From the NCBI GenBank assembly GCA_016794425.1, contig JAEUHR010000017.1:32670-96669 (forward strand): a stretch of 64,000 bases of DNA. The letters are read 5' to 3'. Each line of letters opens with the position of its first letter. The stretch's first letter is position 1. The notes beneath the pieces are model-generated. The model made no database searches, was not told the origin of the DNA, and was given only the letters and a program-made list of their open reading frames with translations. The DNA is from Planctomycetota bacterium. GTDB taxonomy: Bacteria; Planctomycetota; UBA1135; UBA2386. This document shows, in pieces, positions 18,923 to 26,627 of the stretch. A program made the translations under genes and the position numbers.

Positions 18923-19606
18923 TCACCCGTACGGTTTCGTCGTCGACAGCGGCGGCTTGCCGTCCTGCAGCAGCGCGCGCACCGCGTTGGCGACGTGGCG
19001 GATCGGCTGCTCCTTGTTGCCGTTCGGGTCGTCGTCGAGCGCGCCCGAGTACTGCAGCGTGCCGTCCTTGCCGAACACGAAGCAGTGCGGCGTCGACTTC
19101 GCGTCGAGCCGCTTGCCGAGCGTGTCACCGCCGTGGTCGACGAGGATCGGGTGGTTGACGGCGCTGGCCTTGGCCTTCGCGCGCAGCGCCGCGTAGGGGC
19201 GCTTGCCGACGTCGGCGTCGGCGAACGCCTCCGGCTTCGGCTGCTCGCCGATCTCGCCGGCGTTCGCGGCGACGCCGAGCACGACGACGCCCTGGTCCTT
19301 GAACTCGGCCGTGAGCGCGTTCAGCTTCGGTTCGGCGGCTTCCTCGTACGGGCAGGTCGTCGACCAGAAGTGCAGCACCACGACCTTGCCGCGCAGTTCG
19401 TCGAGGGATTGTAGCGTGCCGTCGATCGTGCGCAGGCTCAGGCCCTTGGGCAGGGCCTCGCCGATCGCGAGCGGCTTGGCCTCGGCCGGCGCGGCCGGAG
19501 CGGGGGCGGGGGCGGGGGCCGGGGCCGGCGGCTTCGGCGCCGGATCCTGGGCGGACAGCAGCGGCGCGAAGCACAGCGCGCCGAGCGAGAGCAGCAGACG
19601 GGGCAT
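18923..19606 (-). CDS. Secreted thioredoxin-fold (redoxin/TlpA-like) protein with a monothiol active-site variant
   Basis: Signal peptide MPRLLLSLGALCFAPLLSAQ, a (AP)n linker, then VVVLHFWSTTCPYEEAAEP where TlpA/ResA-type proteins have WxxWCxxC. Later motifs are PILVDHGG and TPHCFVFGKDG. Confidence 0.75.
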   Translation of the reverse strand: MPRLLLSLGALCFAPLLSAQDPAPKPPAPAPAPAPAPAAPAEAKPLAIGEALPKGLSLRTIDGTLQSLDELRGKVVVLHFWSTTCPYEEAAEPKLNALTAEFKDQGVVVLGVAANAGEIGEQPKPEAFADADVGKRPYAALRAKAKASAVNHPILVDHGGDTLGKRLDAKSTPHCFVFGKDGTLQYSGALDDDPNGNKEQPIRHVANAVRALLQDGKPPLSTTKPYG

Positions 19607-19784
19607 GACGGTTCTCCGGGGACGGGAGGGGGAACGAAGGCGCCGGCTATGCGCCCCCGGCCCGCCATGGTCAAGGTCGGAGCCTCCCGCCGCTACCGTC
19701 TCGTGGCGCAGATCGGCGCCGCAGGCGCCGTACTGCCGGTCCAGGGTGGTCCGCGGCGCCGGCCGGCGCTACGACGCTCGGGTC

Positions 19785-21650
19785 GTGACCGCCCCTTCTG
19801 ACCGCGACCGAGCGATCGCCGATGCGCTGCAGCGCTGGTTCGGCTTCGACAGCCTGCGCCCGCTGCAGCGCGAGGCGATCGACGCGGCACTCGACGGCCG
19901 CGACGCGCTGGTCGTACTGCCGACCGGCGGCGGCAAGTCGCTGTGCTACCAGCTGCCGGCCCTGGTGCAGGACCGCCTCGTCGTCGTCGTCTCGCCGCTG
20001 ATCGCGCTGATGCAGGACCAGGTCGCCGGGCTGCGGCTGCAGGGTGTGCCGGCCGCGGCAGTGCACGGCAACCTGTCGGCCGACGCGCGCGCCGAGCTGC
20101 GCCAACTCGCCGCCGACGGCTCGCTGCGCCTGCTGTTCGTGGCGCCGGAGCGCCTGTTCCACGCCGAGTTCCTGCGTTGGCTGCAGAGCCGCGACGTGGC
20201 GGCGTTCGCGATCGACGAGGCGCACTGCATCAGCCAGTGGGGGCACGACTTCCGCCCCGAGTACCGCCGCCTCGCCGAACTGCGCGACACCTTCCCCGGC
20301 GTGCCGTTCCAGGCCTACACGGCGACCGCGACGCCGCGCGTGCGCGACGACATCGTGGCGCAGCTGCGGCTCGCTGCGCCGGCGGTGCTGGTCGGTCCGT
20401 TCGACCGGCCGGAGTTGTGCTACCGCGTACTGCCGCGCCAGGATCAGGTCGCGCAGGTGGCGGCCGCGATCGAACGCCATCGCGACGCCGCCGCGATCGT
20501 CTACTGCATCGCGCGCAAGGAGACCGAAGCGCTGGCCGCGGCGCTGCGGCAGCGCGGCATCGGCGCCGAGCCGTACCACGCCGGTCTGCCGGCCGAGAAG
20601 CGCACGCAGCTGTCGGCCGACTTCCGCGCCGAACGGCTGCACGTGGTCGTCGCGACGGTCGCGTTCGGCATGGGCATCGACCGCAGCGACGTGCGGCTGG
20701 TCGTGCACGCCGGCATGCCGAAGAGCCTCGAGGCCTACCAGCAGGAGACCGGCCGCGCCGGCCGCGACGGGCTGCCGGCCGAATGCCTGCTGCTCTACTC
20801 GGCGGCCGACGCGGCGAAGTGGCGCACGCTGATGCTGCGCAGCAACCAGGAACTCGGCGGCGACCCCGAAGCGCTCGCGGCGCAGCTGGCGCTGCTGCAG
20901 CAGATGCAGCGCTTCGCCGGCCGTGCGCGCTGCCGGCACCGCTCGATCAGCGAGTACTTCGGCCAGGCCTACGACGAGACCGACTGCGGCGCCTGCGACG
21001 TCTGCCTCGACGAACTCGAGACGGTGGCAGACGGCCACGTGCTGGCGCAGAAGATCCTGTCGGCGGTGGTGCGCACCGGCCAGCGCTTCGGCGGCAACCA
21101 CGTGATCGACGTGCTGCGCGGCAGCAAGAACGACAAGGTGGTCGCGCGCGGCCACGACCGGCTGCCGACGTTCGGCGTCTGCCGCGACGAGCCCGCGGGC
21201 CGCCTCGGCAACTACATCGACCAGCTGGTCGACGACGGGCTGCTGGTGCGCAGCGACGGCGAGTACCCGACGCTCGCGCTCGGCGACGGGGCGATGGCGG
21301 TGCTGCGCGGCGAACGGCAGGCGGTGCTGCGGGTGCCGAAGCAGGCGCTGGCCGCGCGCGGCCGGCGGCGCCGCGGCGACCGCTCGGCGCGCGACGCCCA
21401 CGAACTGTCGGCCGACGAACGGCCGCTGTTCGACGCGCTGCGCGCACTGCGCCGCACGATCGCCGGTGAGCTCGGCGTGCCGCCGTACGTGGTGTTCCCC
21501 GACACGACGCTCGAGGAACTCGCGCAGCGGCGGCCGCGCACACCGGCCGAGTTGCTGACCGTGCGCGGCGTCGGCCCGAAGAAGCTCGAGCAGTTCGGCG
21601 AGCGCTTCCTGGCCGCGCTCGCGGCGCACGGCGCGACCGGCACCGCGTGA
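19785..21650 (+). CDS. recQ: ATP-dependent DNA helicase RecQ
   Basis: FGFDSLRPLQREAI, Walker A LPTGGGKSLCYQLPA, DEAHCISQWGHDFRPEY, zinc-binding CRHRSISEYFG...CGACDVC, and a C-terminal HRDC (LFDALRALRRTIAGELGVPPYVVFPDTTLEELA). The start is uncertain. I chose GTG 19785; in-frame GTG 19746 is possible. ATG 19605 would add an Arg-rich, non-protein-like extension. Confidence 0.9.
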   Translation: MTAPSDRDRAIADALQRWFGFDSLRPLQREAIDAALDGRDALVVLPTGGGKSLCYQLPALVQDRLVVVVSPLIALMQDQVAGLRLQGVPAAAVHGNLSADARAELRQLAADGSLRLLFVAPERLFHAEFLRWLQSRDVAAFAIDEAHCISQWGHDFRPEYRRLAELRDTFPGVPFQAYTATATPRVRDDIVAQLRLAAPAVLVGPFDRPELCYRVLPRQDQVAQVAAAIERHRDAAAIVYCIARKETEALAAALRQRGIGAEPYHAGLPAEKRTQLSADFRAERLHVVVATVAFGMGIDRSDVRLVVHAGMPKSLEAYQQETGRAGRDGLPAECLLLYSAADAAKWRTLMLRSNQELGGDPEALAAQLALLQQMQRFAGRARCRHRSISEYFGQAYDETDCGACDVCLDELETVADGHVLAQKILSAVVRTGQRFGGNHVIDVLRGSKNDKVVARGHDRLPTFGVCRDEPAGRLGNYIDQLVDDGLLVRSDGEYPTLALGDGAMAVLRGERQAVLRVPKQALAARGRRRRGDRSARDAHELSADERPLFDALRALRRTIAGELGVPPYVVFPDTTLEELAQRRPRTPAELLTVRGVGPKKLEQFGERFLAALAAHGATGTA

Positions 21651-21697
21651 ACGAACGCCCCGGCGGGCGGCTATGCTGCGCCGGCCGCGCCGACTGC

Positions 21698-24031
21698 ATG
21701 AGCCGTTCCGACGTCGATCCGTCCGGGCCCGCCGACGACCCCGTCGAGATGCTGCTCGGCGAGTGCCTGCTGCGCTGGGAGAGCGACGGCGAGGCCGCGC
21801 TCGACGAACTGTGCCGCGCGCACCCCGAGCACGCCGCTGCGCTGCGCCAGGCGGTCGGCCTGCTGCGCGCGGCCGGCCTGACGCCCGACGCGGCGCCGCT
21901 GCCGGAACGCTTCGGCGAGTTCCGGCTGCTGGCGCGGCTCGGCGGCGGCGGCATGGGCCAGCTGTTCGTCGCCGAGCAGGAACCGCTCGGCCGCCGCGTC
22001 GCGCTGAAGCTGATCCGGCCGGAGCTGGCGTGGTTCCAGTCGAACCGCGACCGCTTCCGGCGCGAAGCCGAGGCGATCGCGCGGTTGCAGCATCCGGCGA
22101 TCGTGCCGCTGTACGCGTGGGGCGAAGCCGGCGGCGTGCCGTACTTCGCGATGGAACTGGTCGAGGGCTGCTCGCTCGCCGCGGCGCTGGCCGAACTCGC
22201 GGGCCGCGCGCCGGTCGGGCTGGTCGGCGACGACCTCGCGGTGGCGGTCGCCGCGCGTGCCGGCCAGCCGTGCGCGCTGCCGTGGCCGCTGCGCGGCGGC
22301 TGGGCCGACGTCGTGTGCCGCGTCGTCGCCGAGGTCGGCGCCGCGCTGCAGCACGCGCACGACCGCGGCGTGCTGCACCGCGACGTCAAGCCGTCGAACG
22401 TGATGCTCGGCACCGACGGCCGCGTGCGGCTGGTCGACTTCGGCCTCGCGCGCACCGACGGCGACGCCGCGCTGACGCGCAGCGGCACACCGCTCGGTTC
22501 GCTGGCCTACATGTCGCCCGAGCAGCTGCAGGGCCGCCGCGACGTCGACGGCCGCACCGACGTCTACGGCCTCGGCCTCCTGCTGCACGAGCTGCTGTCG
22601 CTGCGGCGCGCGTTCGCCGGCGACGCTGCCGGCGACCTGCAGCAGGCGATCCTCGCCGGCCGCCGGCCGCCGCTGCCGCTGCAGCACGACGCGACCTGGC
22701 GCGACCTCGAGACCGTGGTCGCGCGGGCGACCGCGCTCGAACCGGAGCATCGCTATGCCGGCGTGCAGCAGCTGCTGGCCGACGTCGCCGCCGTGCGCGA
22801 GGGGCGTCCGATCGCCGCGCGGCGCGCCGGCGCCGGCGAACGGCTGCGCCGCGCGGTGCGGCGGCACCCGGCGCGCGCGGCGCTCTGCGCGGCGCTGGTG
22901 GTGCTGGTGCCGACCGCGGCGGTGCTGGCGACGCTGTGGTGGCAGGAGCGCGCGAGCGGCCGCGTCGGCCGCAGCTACGAGGCGCGCGTCGCGGCGGCGC
23001 GGGCCGTGACCGCCGCGTTCTTCACCTACCGCAGCGGCGCGCGCGCCGACGCGGTGCGCGGTTTCGACGCGATCCTGGCCGACGATCCCGAGCACGATCT
23101 GGCGCTGCTCGGCCGGCTCCTGTGCGCGCTGTCGGCCGACGACGCCGACGACCTCGAACGTGTACTGGCGCAGCACGCGGCGCTGGCGGCCCGCCACCCG
23201 ATGCTCGGCTGGTTCGCGGTCGAGGCCGCGAACCTGCGCGGCGATGCCGACGCGGCGCGGCAGCGTGGGGCCCTGCTGCCGGCCGAACCGCCGGCCGCGG
23301 CGCTCGACTGGTTCGTGCAGGGCGTGCTCGAGCTCTGGCGGGCGCGCGGCGGCGACGCGGCGCGCGCGACCGTGGCGCTGCGGGCGATCGAACAGGCGAT
23401 CCTGCTCGACCGCAGCGAGGTGCGCACGCCGGTGTTCCACGTCTACGCCGCCGAGACCGCGGCGCTGTGCGGCGACGACGACACGGCGGTGCGCGCGGCG
23501 CGCGCGATCGAGACGCTGTGGCCCGATTCGGCGCTGGCGATCGCCAGCGCCGGCCGCGCGCTGGTCACTGCCGACGGCGCGCGCAGCGTGCAGCTGCTGC
23601 AGCGGGCGCGCGACCTCGCGCCGGCGACCGCGGTCCTGCACCTGTGGCTCGCCGAGGGCCTGATGCTGCAGTCGCGCACCGACGAGGCCGCGGCCGCCTA
23701 CGAGGCGGCGCTGGCGCGCGACGACCGGCTCGGCAGCGCCTGGGGCGGCCTGGCGCTGCTGCACCTGGGCCAGGGGCAGTTCGACGCGGCGCTGCGGTGC
23801 AGCGAACGCTACGTCGCGGTCGAGCCGAACCTCGGCCTCGCCTGGCGCGTGCGCGCGCAGACGCTGCACCTGGCGCAGCGCTGGGCCGACGCGCGCATCG
23901 CCTACGCCGAGGCCGTGCAACGCCTGCCCGACGACCGCGTTGTCCACCAGGGCTGCGTCGCCGTGCTCGAGAAGCTCGGCGACGCCGCTGCCGCGGCCGC
24001 CGAACGCGACCGCTTCGCCGCGCGCCGTTGA
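21698..24031 (+). CDS. Ser/Thr protein kinase with one TM segment and an extracytoplasmic TPR-repeat domain
   Basis: Start at ATG 21698 (MSRSDVD). Kinase motifs GGGGMGQLFVA, VALKLI, HRDVKPSNVML, DFGLAR, YMSPEQ. TM segment AALCAALVVLVPTAAVLATLWW. C-terminal TPR-like helices follow (AAAYEAALARDDRLGSAWGGLALLHLGQGQFDAAL...). Confidence 0.9.
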   Translation: MSRSDVDPSGPADDPVEMLLGECLLRWESDGEAALDELCRAHPEHAAALRQAVGLLRAAGLTPDAAPLPERFGEFRLLARLGGGGMGQLFVAEQEPLGRRVALKLIRPELAWFQSNRDRFRREAEAIARLQHPAIVPLYAWGEAGGVPYFAMELVEGCSLAAALAELAGRAPVGLVGDDLAVAVAARAGQPCALPWPLRGGWADVVCRVVAEVGAALQHAHDRGVLHRDVKPSNVMLGTDGRVRLVDFGLARTDGDAALTRSGTPLGSLAYMSPEQLQGRRDVDGRTDVYGLGLLLHELLSLRRAFAGDAAGDLQQAILAGRRPPLPLQHDATWRDLETVVARATALEPEHRYAGVQQLLADVAAVREGRPIAARRAGAGERLRRAVRRHPARAALCAALVVLVPTAAVLATLWWQERASGRVGRSYEARVAAARAVTAAFFTYRSGARADAVRGFDAILADDPEHDLALLGRLLCALSADDADDLERVLAQHAALAARHPMLGWFAVEAANLRGDADAARQRGALLPAEPPAAALDWFVQGVLELWRARGGDAARATVALRAIEQAILLDRSEVRTPVFHVYAAETAALCGDDDTAVRAARAIETLWPDSALAIASAGRALVTADGARSVQLLQRARDLAPATAVLHLWLAEGLMLQSRTDEAAAAYEAALARDDRLGSAWGGLALLHLGQGQFDAALRCSERYVAVEPNLGLAWRVRAQTLHLAQRWADARIAYAEAVQRLPDDRVVHQGCVAVLEKLGDAAAAAAERDRFAARR

Positions 24032-24051
24032 CCCCGCCATCGCACCGACCC

Positions 24052-24639
24052 GTGGATCCCCTGTCGACCCAGCTGTCTCGCGCCCGCACGGGCGACCGCA
24101 CCGCGATCGAGGCGCTGCTGGTCGCCTACCTGCCGGGCCTGCGCGACTACCTTTCACGCCATGCCGGCGCCGCGGTCGCGGCCAAGGAGACGCCGGACGA
24201 CCTCGCGCAGTCGGTGTGCCGCGAGGTGCTCGAGCGGCTCGACGACGAACGGCTCGAGTACCGCGGCGAGGCGCAGTTCCGCCAGTGGCTCTACCAGGCG
24301 GCCGTGCACAAGCTGCAGAACCGCCGGCGCCACCTGCACGCCGAACGCCGCGACACGCGGCGCGAGGTGGCGGCGAGCGGCACCTGGGAGGACCACCTGG
24401 CGCGGCTGTCGACGCCGTCGCAGCAGGCGATGCGGCGCGAGGACCTGCAGTGCCTCGAAGGCGCCCTCGCGGCGCTGACCGACGAACAGCGCGAGATCAT
24501 CCGGCTGGCCCGGCTCGAAGGCCGGTCGCACGCGGCGATCGCGGCGCAGCTCGGCGTCACCGAATCGCACTCGCGCGTGCTGCTGGCCCGGGCGATGGCG
24601 CGGCTCGGCCGGCTGGCGCAGCTGGCGGCGAGCCGCTGA
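24052..24639 (+). CDS. ECF-type RNA polymerase sigma factor (sigma-70 family), kinase-associated
   Basis: C-terminal 195 aa of track ORF 21673..24639. GTG start at 24052; TTG 24028, overlapping the kinase stop, is an alternative. Region 2 reads DDLAQSVCREVLERL...FRQWLYQAAVHKLQNRRRH. Region 4 HTH reads LTDEQREIIRLARLEGRSHAAIAAQLGVTESHSRVLLARAMARL. No adjacent anti-sigma gene. Confidence 0.85.
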   Translation: MDPLSTQLSRARTGDRTAIEALLVAYLPGLRDYLSRHAGAAVAAKETPDDLAQSVCREVLERLDDERLEYRGEAQFRQWLYQAAVHKLQNRRRHLHAERRDTRREVAASGTWEDHLARLSTPSQQAMRREDLQCLEGALAALTDEQREIIRLARLEGRSHAAIAAQLGVTESHSRVLLARAMARLGRLAQLAASR

Positions 24640-24646
24640 GAAAATA

Positions 24647-24668
24647 CCGCCGCGCGGTGTAGCGGCGG
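24647..24668 (+). terminator. Hairpin just after the sigma factor stop (weak intrinsic-terminator candidate)
   Basis: CCGCCGC-GCGGTGTA-GCGGCGG: 7-bp stem with an 8-nt loop, 8 nt after the stop. It is preceded by AAAATA and followed by a GC palindrome and only a TTT run. Confidence 0.3.
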
Positions 24669-24710
24669 CCGCGCGCGGGCTTTGGAGGGACCGACCAACC
24701 CGGAGTTCCC

Positions 24711-24974
24711 GTGACCAGACCATCCCGCACCTCGTTCCGCACCCGCCTGTTCTGCGCGCTGGCGCTCGGCCTCGTCGGCACCGTCGCCACCTGCGGCGGC
24801 AGCGCCCCGGCCCGCTACGCCGGCCAGGGCCACGGCTCGCCCGGCCAGCCCCACGGCGCCGGCGCCTGGAGCCACCGCTCGAGCCAGGGCGGCGGCGACA
24901 TGTCGGTCGGCGGCGACGGCAGCGGCTTCTACTACTACATCGACTCCAGCGGCAGCAGCTGGACCGGTGGCTGA
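24711..24974 (+). CDS. Small Gly/Ser/His-rich lipoprotein, unknown function
   Basis: GTG start with GGAG 6 nt upstream. The signal/lipobox is LALGLVGTVATC. The mature part is low-complexity (GQGHGSPGQPHGAGAW) and ends GDGSGFYYYIDSSGSSWTGG. Confidence 0.55.
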   Translation: MTRPSRTSFRTRLFCALALGLVGTVATCGGSAPARYAGQGHGSPGQPHGAGAWSHRSSQGGGDMSVGGDGSGFYYYIDSSGSSWTGG

Positions 24975-24985
24975 GCGAGGGCGCC

Positions 24986-25522
24986 ATGCGAACCCTGCTC
25001 GGCGGTGCCGCCCTGCTGCTGGCGGCGTGTTCGAACGGCGGTGGCGGCCCGGCCGGCGGCGCCGGCGGCAGCCTGCAGCCGTTCGCGATCGACGCCGCGG
25101 CATCGCCGGCGGTGGCCGCGTCGGTCGCCGATCTGCTCGAGGTCGGTGACCACTTCGCCTACGAACCCGACGTCGCGGCGGCGAACGCGATCTACGACCA
25201 GATCTGGCAGCGCCTGGTCGCGGCGCCGCAGTGGCTCGAGCCCGGCGACACGACCGCGTACGAGTTCTTCGACGACTCCGATCCGGTCACGAACTGGGGC
25301 CGCGCCTACCGCTACTTCGGCAACGGCACGTTCGCGGGGCCGATGCAGCCGTTCACGGCCGGCACCTACACGCGGCCGAACGGCGTCGACCTGCCGGCGC
25401 TGACGCTGACGACGTGGGACAGCCGCGCCGAACTGATCGTGCTGCTCGACGACGACACGTTCGTGCACGCGATCCAGAACACGAACGGCCTGCCGATCGT
25501 CGAAGTGTTCGCGCGCCAGTGA
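24986..25522 (+). CDS. Lipoprotein, unknown function
   Basis: MRTLLGGAALLLAACSNGG has a LAAC lipobox followed by a Gly-rich tether. The rest looks globular (WGRAYRYFGNGTFAGPMQPF...). It lies 11 nt after the previous gene. Confidence 0.7.
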   Translation: MRTLLGGAALLLAACSNGGGGPAGGAGGSLQPFAIDAAASPAVAASVADLLEVGDHFAYEPDVAAANAIYDQIWQRLVAAPQWLEPGDTTAYEFFDDSDPVTNWGRAYRYFGNGTFAGPMQPFTAGTYTRPNGVDLPALTLTTWDSRAELIVLLDDDTFVHAIQNTNGLPIVEVFARQ

Positions 25523-25784
25523 CGCCGCGCCGGCGCGGATGCCGGCCGATCGCCGCGCTGGTGCGTTTCCCGGCCCTGCACCGGGTCGTGGCGCCGCAGG
25601 GCTCCGGGCCCCGCGCACCGGTCGTACGCGCAGGCCCTGCGTCGCCACGGACCCGCGCGGTTGTGCAGGCGTCGTGCCTGGCATCGGTGTAGCGCTTCGT
25701 CGCCGCTGGCTTTCACCGCGGACACGGCCCCTGCGACGACGCACGCGGGACCACGGCCGGCCTTCGCGTCGCGAGACAGTCACC

Positions 25785-26579
25785 ATGATCCGTTCGTTCC
25801 GTTCCTGCTCCTGGTTGGTGGTCGCCGCCACCTTGTTCTTGTCCTCGATCGTCCCCGGCCTGCGCGCGCAGACCAGCGTGCGGGAGCGGTGGGACCAGGT
25901 CACGCTCGGCAACAGCGACGTCGGCATCGACGCGATCGCGTGGGCCCGTGCCCGCAACAACCTCGGCGCCGAGCGCCGCGTCGACACCATGTTGCTGACG
26001 CAGGCGAGGCTGTTCGGCCTGTCGGTCGAGCTGCAGCGGATCGCCGCCACCGCGGTGCGCAACGGCGCTTCGTTCGCGGGGTCGACCAGCCTGCGGCGCG
26101 CCGGCCTGACGGTGCGCAACGACGCGGTCGTCAACACGGGCACGGTCTCCTACTGGAGCTCGGCGAACGTGTTCGGCACGAACCCGCAGCAGACGTTCTG
26201 GATCTGGTTCATTCCGATCACGGTCGGCGCGAACCTCGGCCACATCGGCGCGATGGACGTGACGCTGCTGAACATGTCGAACTACGGCGCCATGATCAGT
26301 GGCGCGATGTCGACCTACGCCTGGGGCTTCGCGTCGTTCGCCGTCGGTCTCGCCGGCGCGCAGTGTGGCCTGCAGGTCGACATCCGCGTCGGCGAGCAGC
26401 GCATGGACGGTGTGCTCGGCTCGTTCACGAACTACCTCAGCACGCAGTACCTCAACTACTACATGACGCCGCTGCGCCTGTGGCTGCGGATCCTCTGCGA
26501 GCTGTCGTTCCTGTCCGGATCGTTGACGGTCGTCGACGCCAGCCTCGGCGCCCGGAGCCTGGTGCCGTTCCTGCCCTGA
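25785..26579 (+). CDS. Secreted or membrane-associated hypothetical protein
   Basis: Start at internal ATG 25785 (MIRSFRSCSWLVVAATLFLSSIVPGLRAQ, signal peptide). It is rich in Ser/Thr/Asn/Tyr/Trp with hydrophobic stretches (TFWIWFIPITVGANLGHIGAM, YAWGFASFAVGLAGA). It is visibly less GC-rich than its neighbours. No recognisable family. Confidence 0.6.
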   Translation: MIRSFRSCSWLVVAATLFLSSIVPGLRAQTSVRERWDQVTLGNSDVGIDAIAWARARNNLGAERRVDTMLLTQARLFGLSVELQRIAATAVRNGASFAGSTSLRRAGLTVRNDAVVNTGTVSYWSSANVFGTNPQQTFWIWFIPITVGANLGHIGAMDVTLLNMSNYGAMISGAMSTYAWGFASFAVGLAGAQCGLQVDIRVGEQRMDGVLGSFTNYLSTQYLNYYMTPLRLWLRILCELSFLSGSLTVVDASLGARSLVPFLP

Positions 26580-26627
26580 TCGCCGGTAGCGCCGCGGCGG
26601 CGCCGGCTTTCAGCGGGTGGTGAAGCC

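Noticed and set aside
19495-19530. GGGGC/GGGGCC-type short tandem repeat resembling a microsatellite
   Set aside because: It is in frame within the redoxin gene and encodes the (AP)n linker after the signal peptide. A similar Pro-rich run occurs in the kinase-FGE linker. It is not an independent repeat element.
19605-19784. ATG 19605 as the recQ start, which would make recQ overlap the divergent redoxin start
   Set aside because: The added 60 residues (MTVLRGREGERRRRLCAPGPPWSRSEPP...) look like translated non-coding DNA. RecQ homologues start about 10-15 residues before the LxxxFGxxxFR motif, which fits GTG 19785.
25740-25784. Possible ECF-type promoter (GGGACC ... CGTC) upstream of gene 25785, and a GGAAC at ~21513 upstream of the kinase
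   Set aside because: The spacing between the GGGACC and CGTC elements, about 14 nt, is short of the usual ECF spacing. The motifs are short and expected by chance in this GC-rich sequence. Without orthologous alignments I cannot support them.
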